From the NCBI RefSeq assembly GCF_009914755.1, contig NC_060947.1: DNA of 64,000 nt; one strand, 5' to 3'. Every line of letters starts with the position of its first letter. Positions within the stretch are counted from its first letter, which is position 1. The notes beneath the pieces were generated by a model, which saw only the letters and a program-made list of their open reading frames with translations, was not told the DNA's origin and searched no databases. Shown here piece by piece: positions 34,740 to 55,010 of this stretch. The translations under genes were made by a program, and so were the position numbers. The stretch comes from the human T2T-CHM13v2.0 reference genome, Homo sapiens.

Positions 34740-35767
34740 AGGCTGGAGCCAAGATGGCCGAATAGGAACAGCTCCGGTCTACAGCTCCCAGCGTGAGCGA
34801 CACAGAAGACAGGTGATTTCTGCATTTCCATCTGAGGTACCGGGTTCATCTCACTAGGGAGTGCCAGACAGTGGGCACAGGACAGTGGGTGCAGCACACC
34901 ATGCGGGAGCCGAAGCCGGGTGAGGCATTGCCTCACTCAGGAAGTGCAAGGGGTCAGGGAGTTCCCTTTCCTAGTCAAACAAAGGGGTGAGAGACAGCAC
35001 CTGGAAAATTGGGTCACTCCCACCCTAATACTGTGCTTTTCCAATGGGCTTAAAAAACGGCACACCAGGAGATTATATCCCACACCTGGCTCAGAGGGTC
35101 CTACGCCCATGGAGTCTCACTGATTGCTAGCACAGCAGTCTGAGATCAAACTGCAAGGTGGCAGCGAGGCTGGGGGAGGGGCACACGCCATTGCCCAGGC
35201 TTGATTAGGTAAACAAAGCAGCCAGGAAGCCGGAACTGGGTGGAGCCCACCACAGCTCAAGGAGGCCTGCCTTCCTCTGTAGGCTCCACCTCTGGGGGCA
35301 GGGCACAGACAAACAAAAAGACAGCAGTAACCTCTGCAGACTTAAATGTCTGACAGCTTTGAAGAGAGCAGTGGTTCTCCCAGGATGCAGCTGGAGATCT
35401 GAGAATGGGCAGAATGCCTCCTCAAGTGGGTCCCTGACCCCTGACCCTGAGCAGCCTAACTGGGAGGCACCCCTCAGTAGGGGTAGACTGACACCTCACA
35501 TGGCCGGGTACTCCTCTGAGACAAAACTTCCAGAGGAATGATCAGACAGCAGCATTCGCGATTCACGAAAATCCACTGTTCTGCAGCCACCACTGCTGAT
35601 ACCCAGGCAAACAGGGTCTGGAATGGACCTCCAGCAAACTCCAACAGACCTGCAGCTGAGGGTCCTGTCTGTTAGAAGGAAAACTAACAAACAGAAAGGA
35701 CATCCACACCAAAAACCCATATGTACATCACCATCATCAAAGATCAAAAGTAGATAAAACCACAAAG
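34740..35767. promoter_or_regulatory. L1 5' UTR: sense internal promoter (YY1 site) and antisense promoter
   Basis: YY1 motif AAGATGGCCG at 34751-34760. Bidirectional activity is established for young L1PA 5' UTRs but not shown for this copy. Confidence 0.75.
35117..35191 (-). pseudogene. Truncated L1 ORF0
   Basis: Reads MACAPPPASLPPCSLISDCCASNQ*, with a stop at codon 25 (TGA where the recalled ORF0 has Arg). Confidence 0.8.
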
Positions 35768-36775
35768 ATGGGGAAAAAACAGAGCAGAAAAACTGGAAAC
35801 TCTAAAAGGCAGAGCACCTCTCCTCCTCCAAAGGAACGCAGCTCCTCACCAACAACGGAACAAAGCTGGACGGAGAATGACTTTGACGAGTTGAGAGAAG
35901 AAGGCTTCAGACGATCAAACTACTCTGAGCTACAGGAGGAAATTCAAACCAAAGACAAAGAAGTTGAAAACTTTGAAAAAAATTTAGATGAATGTATAAC
36001 TAGAATAACCAATACAGAGAAGTGCTTAAAGGAGCTGATGGAGCTGAAAGCCAAGGCTCGAGAACTACGTGAAGAATGCAGAAGCCTCAGGAGCCAATGC
36101 GATCAACTGGAAGAAAGGGTATCAATGATGGAAGATGAAATGAAGTGAGAAGGGAAGTTTAGAGAAAAAAGCATAAAAAGAAATGAACAAAGCCTGCAAG
36201 AAATATGGGACTATGTGAAAAGACCAAATCTACATCTGATTGGTGTACCTGAAAGTGACGGGGAGAATGGAACCAAGTTGGAAAACACTCTGCAGGATAT
36301 TATCCAGGAGAACTTCCCCAAACTAGCAAGGCAGGCCAACGTTCAGATTCAGGAAATACAGAGAATGCCACAAAGATACTCCTCGAAAAGAGCAACTCCA
36401 GGACACTTAATTGTCAGATTCACCAAAGTTGAAATGAAGGGAAAAATGTTAAGGGCAGCCAGAGAGAAAGGTCGGGTTACCCACAAAGGGAAGCCCATCA
36501 GACTAACAGCTGATCTCTCGGCAGAAACTCTACAAGCCAGAAGAGAGTGGGGGCCAATATTCAACATTCTTAAAGAAAAGAATTTTCAACCCAGAATTTC
36601 ATATCCAGCCAAACTAAGATTCATAAGTGAAGGAGAAATAAAATACTTTACAGTCAAGCAAATGCTGAGAGATTTTGTCACCACCAGGCCTGCCCTAAAA
36701 GAGCTCCTGAAGGAAGCACTAAACATGGAAAGGAACAACCGGTACCAGCCACTGCAAAATCATGCCAAATTGTAA
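35768..36775 (+). pseudogene. L1 ORF1p, disrupted
   Basis: MGKKQSRKTGNSK...NHAKL* with an in-frame TGA at 36146-36148. Confidence 0.95.
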
Positions 36776-36838
36776 AGACCATTGAGGCTAGGAAGAAACT
36801 GCATCAACTAACGAGCAAAATAACCAGCTAACATCATA

Positions 36839-40659
<3,821 letters not shown>

Positions 40660-41124
40660 GCAATGAGAACACATGGACACAGGAAGGAGAACATCACACT
40701 CTGGGGACTGTTGTGGGGTGGGGGGAGGGGGGAGGGATAGCTTTAGGAGATATACCTAATGCTAAATGATGAGTTAATGGGTGCAGCACACCAGCATGGC
40801 ACATGTATACATATGTAACTAACCTGCACATTGTGCACATGTACCCTAAAACTTAAAGTATAATAATAATAAAATAAAATAAAAGAAAAAGAAAAAGAAA
40901 AGAAAACACATCCCATGCTCACAAATGTAAAGAATCAATATTGTGCAAATGATGATACTGCCCAAAGCAATCTACAAATTCAATTCAATTTCTACCAAAA
41001 TGCCAGCATAATTTTTCACAGAATTAGAAAAAATAATCTTAAAATGTGTGTGGAACCAAAAATGAGCCTCCACAGCCAAATGATACTAATGGGGTGGGGG
41101 AGGGGCATGCGGGGCGGTGGGGAC

Positions 41125-44100
41125 CCTAAGCTCAAAGAACTCCTGGCAAATGTATTGCAAAAAGATAATCACCTAGGCACATAGTCATCAGGTTATCTAA
41201 AGTTGAGACAAAAGAAAGAATCTTAAGAGCTGTGAGGCAAAAGCAAAAGGAAACCTATAAAGGGAAGCCTATCAGATTAACAGCAGATTTCTCAGAAGAA
41301 ACCCTACAAGCTGGAAGGGATTCAGGCCCTATCATGAGCCTCCTTAAACAAAACAATTATCAGCCAAGAGTTTTGCAACCAGTGAAACTAAACTTCCTAA
41401 ATGAAGGAAAGATACAGTCTTTTTCAGAAAAACAAATGCTGAGAGAATATGCCACTACCAAGCCCCCACTACAAGAACAGCTAAAAAGAGCTCTAAATCT
41501 TGAAACAAATTCTCGAAAGACATCAAAACAGAACCTCCTTCAAGCATAAATCTCATAGGACCTATAAAATAACAACACTACAAATTAAAAAAGAAAAACA
41601 AGGTATTCAGGCAACAAAGAGGATGATGAATAGAACAGTACCTCAACTCTCAATACTAACATTGAATGTAAATAGCCTAAAATGCTCCACTTAAAAGATA
41701 CAGAATGGCAGAATGCATAAGAATTCACCAACCAAGTATGTGCTGCCTTCAAGACACTCACCTAACACACAAGGACTCACATAAACTTAAGGTAAAAGGG
41801 TGGAAAAAGACATTCCATGCAAATGGACACCAAAAGCTAGCAAGAGTAGCAATTCTTATATCAGACAAAACAAACTTTAAAGAAACAGCAGCTAAAAAAT
41901 ACAAAGAGGGACATTCTATAATGATAAAAGACCTTGTCCAACAGAAAAATATCACAATCCTAAATATATATGCACCTAACACTGGAGCTCCCAAATTTAT
42001 AAAACAACTACTACTAGACCTAAGAAATGAAATAGACAGCAACAGAATAATAGTAGAGGACTTCATTGCTCCACTGACAGCACTAGACAGGTCATCAAGT
42101 AAGCAAGTCAACAAAGAAACAATAAACTGTACCCTAGAACAAATGGACTTAATAGATAGTTACAGAACATTGTACCAAACAACCACAGAACATACATTCT
42201 ATTCATCAGTTCATGGGACATTCTCCAAGATAAAACATATGATAGGCCACAAAACAAGTCTCAATAAATTTAAGAAAATTAAAATTATATCAAGTATTCC
42301 CTGCAACCACAGTGGAATAAAATTGGAAATCAACTACAAAAGGAACCTTCAAAACCATGCAAATACATGGAAATTAAATAACCTGCTCCTACATGATCAT
42401 TGGGCCAACTATTAAATCAAGATGGAAATGAAAATATTCTTTGAACTGAATGATAATAGTGACATAACCTTTCAAAACCTCTGGGATACAGCAAAGGCAT
42501 GGCTACAAGGAAAGTTCATAGCCTTAAATGCCTACATCAAAAAGTCTGTAAGAATACAAATAGACAATCTGAGGTCATGCCTCAAGGAACTGGAGAAACA
42601 AGAACAAACCAAACCCAAAACCCAGAAGAAGAAAAGAAATAACAAACATCAGAAAAGACATAAATGAAATTAAAACAAAAAAAAGATAATAAAACAAAAC
42701 GCTGGTTCTTTGAAAAGATAAATAAAATAGACAATTAGAGAGATTAACCAAGAAAAGAACAGAGAAGATCCAAATAAGCTCAATTAGAAATGAAACGGCA
42801 GATATTACAACTGACAACACAGAAATACAAAAGATGATTCAAGGCGACCATGAACACCTTTACACACATAAACTAGAAAACCTAGAGGAGATATATAAAC
42901 TCCTGGAAATATACAACCCTCCTAGCTTAAATCGGGAAAAATTAGAGAAGCCGAACAGACCAATAACAAGCAGCAAGATTGAAATGATAATTTTAAAAAA
43001 AGTTGCCACCAAAACAAAGTCCACGAGCAGAAGGATTCACAGCAGAATTCTAACAGACATTCAGAGAAGAATTGGTACCAATACTATTGACACTATTCCA
43101 TAAGATAAAGAAAGAGGGAATCCTCCCTAAATCGTTAAATGAAGCCACTATTACTGTAACAGCAAAACCAAGAAAGGACATAACAAAAAAAGAAAACTGC
43201 AGACCAATATCCCTGATGAATATAGATGCAAAAATCCTTAACAAAAACTAGCTAACTGAATCCAACAGCATATCAAAAAGATAATTTACCATGATCAAGC
43301 AGGTTTCATATGAGGGATGCAGGGATGGTTTAACATATGTAAAGTCAATAAATGTGATATACCACACAAACAGAATTAAAAACAAAAATCACATGATCAT
43401 CTCAATAAATGCAGAAAAAGCATTTGACAAAATCCAGCATCCCTTTATGATTAAAACTCTCAGCAAAATTGGCATAAAACAGACACTCTTTAATGTAATA
43501 AAAGCCTTCTATGACAAACCCACAGCCATCATAGTACTGAATGGGGAATAGTTGAAAGCATTCTCCCTGAGAACTGGAACAGGACATGGATGCCCACTCT
43601 CACCACTTCTATTTAATATAGTACTGGAAGTTCAAGCCAGAGCAACCAGACAAGAGAAATAAATAAAGGGCTTCCAAATCAGTAAAGAGGAAGTCAAACT
43701 GTCACCGTTTGCTGATGATATGATTATATACCTAGAAAACCCTAAAGACTCATTCAAAAAGCTCCTAGAACTGATAAATGAATTTAGCAAAGTTTCAGAA
43801 TACAAAATCAATGTATACTCATCAGTAGCTCTGTTCTACACCAGCAGTGACCAAGCTGAGAATCAAATCAAGAACTCAATCTCTTTTAAAATATAAATAA
43901 TAATACTTAGGAATATACCTAACCAAGAAGGTGAAAGGCCTCTACAAGGAAAACTACAAAACACTTCTGAAAGAAATCATAGATGACACAAACTAATGGA
44001 AAAACATCCTATGATCATGGATGGGTAGAATGAATATTGTGAAAATGTCCATACTGCCAAAAGCAATCAACTGTTTCAATGCAATTCCCATGAAGACACC

Positions 44101-45653
44101 ACCATCATTCTTCATAGAACTAGAAAAGACAATCCTAAAATTTATATGGAACCAAAAAAGAGCCCACATAGACAAAGCAAGACTAAGCAAAAAAACAAAT
44201 CTGAAGGCATGACATTACCAGACTTCAAACTATACTATAAGGTCACAGTCACCAAAACAGCATGACACTGGTGTAAAAATAGGCTCATAGACGAATGGAA
44301 CAGAATAGAGAACCCAGAAATAAAGCCAAATACTGATCTTCAATAAAGCAAACAAAAACCTAAAGTGGGGAAAGCACACCCTGTTCAACAAATGGTGCTG
44401 GGATAATTGGCAAGCCACATGTAGAAGAATGAAACTGGATTCTTATCTCTCACCTTACATGGAAATCAACTCAAGGTAGATCAAGGACTTAAATCTAAGA
44501 CCTGAAACCATAAAAATTCTAGAAGAAAACATTGGAAAAACCCTTCTGAACACTGGCTTCAGCAAAGACTTCATGATCAAGAACCCAAAAGCAAATGAGA
44601 CAATGATAAATAGGTGAGAAGTAATTAAACTAAAATGTTTCTGCACAGCAAAAGAAACAATCAGCAGAGTAAACAAACAGATGACAGAGTAGGAGAAAAT
44701 CTTCACAATCTATACATTTGACAAAGGACAAATATCCAGAATCTACAAGTAACTCAAACAAATTAACAAGAACAAAACAAACAATTCCATCAAAAAAAAT
44801 AGGCTAAGGACATGAATCGACAATTCTCAAAACAAGATATACAAGTGGACAACAAATATATGATAAAATGCTCAACATCACTAATTATCATGGAAATGCA
44901 CATCAAAACCACAATGCGATATCACTTCACTCCTGTAAGAACGGCCATTATCAAAAAATAAAAATAATAATGATGTTGGTGGGGATGCAGTAAAAAGGGG
45001 ACACTTCTACACTGCTGATGGGAATATAAACTAGTACAACCACTATGGAAAGTAGTGTGGAGATTCTTTAAAGAACTAAAAGTAGAACTACCATTTAATC
45101 CAGCAATCCCACTACTGGGTATCTACCCAGAGGAAAAGAAGTCATTAAACAAAAATGATACTTGCACATGCATGTTTATAGCAGCACAATTTGCAAGTGC
45201 AAAAATATGGAAGCAGCCCAAGTGCCCATCAATCAATGAGTGGATAAAGAAATTGTGAGATATATGTATATATACATACACACCATGGAATACTATTTAT
45301 CCATAAAAAGTAACAAAATAATGGCATTCAGAGCAACCTGGATGGAACTGGAGACCATTATTCTAAGTAAAGTAACTCAGGAATGGAAAACCAAGCACTG
45401 TATGTTCTCACTCATAAGTGGGAGCTAAGCTATAAGGACACAAAGGCATAAGAATGATACAATGGACTTTGGGGATTTGAGGGAAAGGGTAGGAGGGGAG
45501 TGAGGGATAAAAGACTACAAATTGAGTACAGTGTATACTGCTTGGGTGATAGGTGCACAAAAATCTCACAAATCACCACTAAAGAACTTACTCATGTAAC
45601 CAAATACCACTTCTTCCCCAAAAACCTAAGGAAATAATTTAAAAAATTAAAAA
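41125..45653 (+). mobile_element. 5'-truncated L1PB1-like LINE-1 (ORF1 3' half, ORF2, 3' UTR)
   Basis: ORF1 YKGKPIRLTADFS, ORF2 endonuclease and RT fragments, and L1PB 3' end CCAAATACCACTTCTTCCCCAAAAACCT. Confidence 0.92.
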
Positions 45654-45993
<340 letters not shown>

Positions 45994-46945
45994 TTACCAG
46001 ACTTCAAATCATAGCACAAGTCCATATTTAACAAAATAGTAAGGTATTGGTATAAAAGTAGGCACATAGACCAATGGAACGGAATAGAGAATCCAGAAAT
46101 AAAGCCAAATACTTAGAAGCAACTGATCTTTGACAAAGCATACAAAAATATAAATTGGGGAAACAACACCCTATTCAATAACAGTGCTGGGAAAACTATC
46201 AAGCCACATGTAGAAGAATGAAACTGGATCCTTATCCCTCACCTTATACAAAAATCAACTCAAGGTGAATAAAAGACTGAAACCTAAGACCTAAAACCAT
46301 AAACATTCTAGAAGTAAACCTAGGAAAAACTCTTCTGGACATTGGACCAGGTAAATAATTCATAACTAAGATCCCAAAAGCAAAAGCAACAAAAACAAAA
46401 ATAAATAAATGACAACTAATTAAACTAAAAAGCTTCTGCACAACAAAAGAAACAATCAGCAGAGAAAACAGAAAATCCACAGAATGGGAGAAAATATTTG
46501 CAAACTATTCATCCAACAAAGGACTAATATCCAGAACCTACGAGGAAGTCAAATCAGGAAGAAAAAAAACAAATAATTCCATTAAAAAGTGGGCAAATTA
46601 CATGAATAGATGTTTCTCAAAATATATACAAATGTATGAGTACACAAAGGCATACAGAGTGATATAACAGACTTTGGAGACTCAGAACTGAGAGGATGGG
46701 AGGGGTGATGAATAAAACAACTGCATATTGGTTACAGTGCACACTATTCAGGCGATGGGCACACTAAAATCTCAGAATTTACCAGTGTATAGTTCTGCCA
46801 TGTAACCAAAAACCGCTTGTACCCTAAAAGCTATTGAAATTAAAAATATATTAAAATAAATACATAAATAAAATTACACTATCTACCAACTGGATTATTT
46901 GCCACTGAATCAGATGTTTGTTATGAGGCATTTGATTGAACTTAC

Positions 46946-47310
46946 AAGGGAATCATGGGTATGCCAACACTCCAATTGATAGAATTATGATAGAATAGTT
47001 TCCAGCATGGCATCAACTGGATCCAAGCAGCTACACTATCTACGTGGCAGCAGAAAAGACTGATACCTGGAAGTATCAGTCTTTCTGTAAGCATTACCAT
47101 GGTGACAGTTTGTTGATGATTCCTTATATTAAAAGATATGGGCAAAACCATTCACTAACTTCCTTGCTGTTGAATATAAGTTCACTTAAAACAGGTAGAC
47201 CAGTTGTATGCATACACATAACGTAGGTCTGAGGGTGTAATCTGAATTCTTGTTTTAGGCAAATGCTTGTTTTTTTCTGTGTCTAGTAACTAAAGAAGAT
47301 GTAACATTTT
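46946..47310 (-). pseudogene. Candidate exon block (one 365-nt exon, or 47160-47310 plus 46946-47039)
   Basis: Acceptors tgtctcgctttttag| (47310) and tcttttctgctgccacgtag| (47039); donors |gttagt (47160) and |gtaagt (46946). Reading frame ambiguous. Confidence 0.5.
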
Positions 47311-47438
47311 CTAAAAAGCGAGACATAATTTAATCATGGTGGGTGAATATAATGCAAACAAGAATCAATAAAAATATTATTTTACCCTTTGGTAGTTATA
47401 ATTTATTTGTATTATCAGTATTCAAAACACTAACTTAC

Positions 47439-47552
47439 TTTTTAAATGTAAAGAAGCCATAACTCGACTTATGCTTCCATCTTTTAGTTAAATACTCATT
47501 AAACATATATTTCAAAATGATGCTGCTCAATAGAATTGTATCATAGACTGTT
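47439..47552 (-). pseudogene. Candidate 114-nt exon
   Basis: aaaattttag|AACAGT...TAAAAA|gtaagt; open in phase 2 to 2 as TVYDTILLSSIILKYMFNEYLTKRWKHKSSYGFFTFK. Confidence 0.5.
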
Positions 47553-47859
47553 CTAAAATTTTGGTGCAATAACATTTGTGGTCCAGGGAAGTGACATTTT
47601 AATGAGATCCCTTACCATTTTTCCAGTTATGAATCAAAAGTCATAGAAATAGAAAGGACCCTAAAAACATCTTGCCTTTGGACACTATACATATTACTAT
47701 GCATATTTTATAAGATAAAGTAAATGGAGCACGGAAGAGTTGATAATTGTCCCATATATTAGTATTTGTAGGGAGAAAAAGGACTAAAATGTGTGTGTGT
47801 TGTATCTATTAATATTATTATTAAAGCTATTGGCATTTCTTTTTCCTATCTAAATTTAA

Positions 47860-50845
<2,986 letters not shown>

Positions 50846-50965
50846 AATTAAAGGAAAACCTATTAGATATGGGAAAAATACGTTCAAATAAAACATATAG
50901 AATTAGAAACGTGGCTATAATGAATAAAGGATTCTACTTATTCTATATTTTTTCCATTCTCATAC

Positions 50966-51220
50966 CTAGCAGTCACTTTTTCAATTTCCCTTAGGATACC
51001 TGGATCTCATATGAGGGGAAAATATTAGGTCAATTCCAATTTCAGATAAAATAACCACAATAAAATAATTTTGCTATCAACATCTCTATGCTTATCCAAC
51101 ATATCATGATTCTTCCAAAGTCACGTTTCTATACTTCAATGAAATACTATGTAGAAATCCATCATCTTCACTATAATGTGGTTATGTAAAATACTGTGTT
51201 CTTAACATTTCTTCTTCTTC
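50966..51220 (-). pseudogene. Candidate 255-nt exon
   Basis: ggttttattgtacag|GAAGAA...TGCTAG|gtatga; phase 2 to 2 with five stops, ending ...LWKNHDMLDKHRDVDSKIILLWLFYLKLELT*YFPLI*DPGILREIEKVTA. Confidence 0.45.
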
Positions 51221-51944
51221 CTGTACAATAAAACCAGAAAACTAAGCAGAGCATTCGAAACAAAACTAAACAAATAGCACACAAATCAAGTATGTCAACT
51301 TAATAGATCAGTTGGGTGGACTACTTCAATTCTCTTTTGGTAGCTAATCTCCAAAAAGTGTTCCTTTGCTTAAGACCATTGACTGATTAGACAATGAGTC
51401 AGGATAATATGAACTGATTCATGAGAATATGATGCCAATACATCACAAATAGTTTTTCACTTCCCATCCCCAAAACTCAAACCACCCCAGTTTAAATCCA
51501 AACATACTAAAATTTTGGGTGACCATAAAGGGAATTCTAGCTCTGAGTTTTAGTTAGCAACAAGTACCTAAAACCGTCTCTTGTATTTGTAAATGTATAG
51601 AGCTATCACTACGTCCTCTGTCATTCACATAGATATAATTTAGCAATCCACTTTATTTCCCAAAATTCATTCTGTTTTATATAGTATCAAATTTCCTGAG
51701 TGCTAAATTCTTGCATTATCTAACAGTTCTTAATTTCTAACTGTCAACATCTTTTTGCATTAGCTATTTCAATAAAGTCACAGAAATCCCCTAAATCTTT
51801 CAGTCTTTTATGCCAAAATGGGTCATTTCAGAAAAACCAAGCCCCTTCCCTAATTACATTATACATCCAAGTCTGACTAAGCTTTGAACTCTAAAATAAA
51901 TAAAACAATAGTTTTAGTAAGGATTAATACCCATGAGAGAATAC

Positions 51945-52009
51945 CTTTCTACAATGGATGATGAATCTCCATTGTATAGAGGAATATTAATAATTTCTGA
52001 TGCAGAGAC
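51945..52009 (-). pseudogene. Candidate 65-nt exon
   Basis: tgtaccctgtag|GTCTCT...AGAAAG|gtattc; open in phase 0 to 2 as VSASEIINIPLYNGDSSSIVE. Confidence 0.5.
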
Positions 52010-52165
52010 CTACAGGGTACATTTGAAATGTAGAGAGATCTACATTAAACAGACTACTCATGCCAAACTCATATTCCTGGCTTTCAACCTTTTAGTTCAA
52101 TATAATCCAACATATTTTTATTTACTTAATCTACATGACATAAATAACCACATGCTGGTACTAAC

Positions 52166-52193
52166 CTTGTAATTACGTGAGAACTTGAGCCCC
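52166..52193 (-). pseudogene. Candidate 28-nt exon
   Basis: cttacaacttccatag|GGGGCT...TACAAG|gttagt; reads GLKFSRNYK, phase 2 to 0. Confidence 0.45.
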
Positions 52194-52270
52194 CTATGGA
52201 AGTTGTAAGTTTATTATTATACTACAACACAAATGAGATTAGAGTTCTTCCATGTTTTCATAATGCTTAC

Positions 52271-52453
52271 TAGGTAATAGAGGATCTCAGATCAGGGGGT
52301 AGCGGAAGGTCTCAGATTCAAGATCCCAAGAAAGCTTGTTTCTTTTGTGCAATGTCTCTCTTGATTAGCATTACGAAATGAATACAGTGATATACAAAAT
52401 GCAGTGAATTAACTAATTTGCTGTGCAGTACTTGAGTCAATATCTCAAGTTTT
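52271..52453 (-). pseudogene. Candidate 183-nt exon
   Basis: tttgtatttgttcattgctacag|AAAACT...TACCTA|gtaagc; reads KLEILTQVLHSKLVNSLHFVYHCIHFVMLIKRDIAQKKQAFLGS*I*DLPLPPDLRSSIT. Confidence 0.55.
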
Positions 52454-53173
52454 CTGTAGCAATGAACAAATACAAATATGAAAGAAAGAGATGGAGGAAG
52501 GGAAGAATAAACTAAAATTAAAATTGTTTTCAATAGTCAATTTAATTTCTATTATGTATCTATACACAATATTTAATACAGTACATGACTGAGGTATTAA
52601 TTAATATGTTTAACAAATTTTAACATTTCTTATGAAATAATTTATTTTTTCTGGCTGAAGTATACAGTTGGAAAATTATGTCAAAATTTACAATATTCTC
52701 TTGACATTTCTAAAGAGAGGTGAAATAAATTGCTGAATAAAAAATTAAAAATCACTCCTGTTCATGACAAAATTTTCATTATTTGAAAAGGGTTTCAAAG
52801 TTGTCAGTTATTGTTCCTCTAACCATTATGGACAGAAGATTATCTCATATGAAAGCTAAACTTTATTTTAGTCCAAAATATTTCAGAATCACAGCACCTA
52901 AAGTTTCACAACTATTAATTGAGACTGCATCATTCCAATCTAATGTCTTTCATCACAGTCCCTAAAGTGATTTTATACATGCTCTTTAATTAATACATGG
53001 AATTTCTTAATTCATTATAATGTGAAAGAAATGTGAAGTGAAGCCTAAAGGCTATCGATATTTTTGGATATTTTACTTGTAAGTTGCAGCAAAATTGTGT
53101 TTTATCCTTATCTTCCAAAATTTTTCCAAAATTGTCATATAAAATTAAATTTTATTTAAATACTAAAAATTAC

Positions 53174-53250
53174 CTTTCACATGACTTTAGGTTTTTAGTA
53201 ATGTTAAGATTCTTGGAATCATTCACTTCTAGCTATAAATGTCCACATCT
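53174..53250 (-). pseudogene. Candidate 77-nt exon
   Basis: tttttcacattctttcacttcaacattcag|AGATGT...TGAAAG|gtaatt; reads RCGHL*LEVNDSKNLNITKNLKSCE. Confidence 0.5.
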
Positions 53251-53499
53251 CTGAATGTTGAAGTGAAAGAATGTGAAAAAGCACACAATGTTAAGAAACC
53301 TTATAGTAATTAATTATATTGTTTTCTGATATGTTTTCAATAACAAACTTGAATATGAAAAAGACAGAGCTATATCCCTCCTGTAAAGAAGATTAATAAG
53401 GCTCAATTTGTTGAATATTCAACTCAGTTTGTTACACGTTATGTCTTGGTTCTATCGTGTTCATACACATTTAAAAACAGGGAGCCTGTTATATGAAGG

Positions 53500-54150
53500 A
53501 ATTCTTCAGCTTCCAAGCCTCTCGGTTGTTTTAGCTTTCCATTTTGAATTATTTTCACCTCCATTCTACTTCAGTCACCACTTAACAGCCACACCCTAGA
53601 CCTTGTTATCTCCTGAAATTCCCCAACTCCTGAAATATTGAACTAAAATAACACATTCTCTTCAGCGTAATATTTTTCTAATTTGCTCTGTAACATACTC
53701 CTCTGTTCTTAAACCACCCAGACATTGCTGGTTACTTTCTTCCTTAACCAGCTTAGATCCCATGGGCCATTACATTTAAGAAGTCTCTTGCCTAAATCCC
53801 AATATCCCTTTTTCCACAGTTTTAACATGTCACCTGATTGGCAACACATCAAACATAGATGAATATGGCTTTTTCTTCAGGACTATATTTCCATGCTGGA
53901 TACAAATAAGCAATTATGAAAATCAGTGACACTATAAATTAAATGTATGGTCTCCAACCTCAAAGGACATCTCACCGTTGTCTGAGAATATTTCTTTTTT
54001 TTTTCCCCTAGATAAGCCTTTCTTTCAGTCTCCACAGCAGCTATTTCAAACCTGCATTCTTAAATCTCTAACGTCACCATATGTTCCCCACTCTTCACAG
54101 AAGGACTTACCTCCTCCTTTCCAGTAGAAATTAGAAGCTACCAGACAGTA
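53500..54150 (+). mobile_element. L2 ORF2 fragment
   Basis: CCACACCCTAGACCTTGTTATC and CTCCACAGCAGCTATTTCAAACC L2 motifs. Confidence 0.65.
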
Positions 54151-54709
54151 AAAAGGGGCAGGAAGGTAGAATAAATTTTCAGAAGTACAGTCATGATACA
54201 TCCACCCATGCCTTGTCCAACCCCTCTTTAAAGTATCACAATAGATTGGAGGACCACATACACCATCAAGCTGCTAATCCTTTGTTATCCTCCACTGAAG
54301 TGAGAATTGTACCATCTAATGTTTGTGGCACTACCATGACCCATTTAGTTGCCACTCAGATAAATATCTACTTGAACAGGAGCAAAAAATAAATATATTT
54401 TCTAACAAACACACATGTTTATCATTAACATACCCTCGCTGTCTATGCAAGAGATGCATAGATTTCTATGAGACAGAAATTTAACTAATTTTTTTTAAAC
54501 TTAGATGCAATGGAAAGAAAAATACTTGCAATAAAAGTGGGCAACAACAGACAAAAAATAACTATGAAATAAGAATAATAATAACTGAATTTGAGGATAT
54601 AAAAACATGGTAAAACTAAAAGACTAGATAACACTAAATTTTAAGAAAATGTAGGGTTAAAATAGGTTAAGGTTCCCTCTGTTCAGACTGATTAAAGTTT
54701 AGTCTTTGC

Positions 54710-55010
54710 TTTTAAAATACAGCATTGTTGACTATATGTACAGTGTTGCAGAGCAGATCTCTAGAACTAATTATCTTGCTTAATGCAAACATTATGCCCA
54801 TTAATTAATAACTTCTCATTCCCCCCTCCATTCAGCCCTGAAAACCATCATTCCATTTTTTGATTTTATGATTTTGACTATTTTAGATACCTGATATACA
54901 TAGAATCATGCAGTATTTGTCTTCCTGTGATTGGCTTATTTCACTTAGCACATTATACACAAAAATCTGTTGAGTGAAAATCTCATGTTAAGTGTTCTTA
55001 CTACAGTGAA
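54710..55010. mobile_element. L1MA 3' fragment with an inverted 5' part
   Basis: 54710-54950 is reverse L1MA 3' sequence; 54952-55005 is forward (ATGTTAAGTGTTCTTACTACA). Confidence 0.65.

Noticed and set aside
51950-51976. 9-bp inverted repeat TACAATGGA/TCCATTGTA
   Set aside because: Short and AT-rich, plausible by chance in 64 kb.
54105-54115. Consensus-like minus-strand donor GAG|gtaagt
   Set aside because: It falls inside an L2 fragment with no supporting exon.
54262-54367. Possible further upstream exon
   Set aside because: The acceptor is reasonable, but the donor is ambiguous and the frames I examined have multiple stops.
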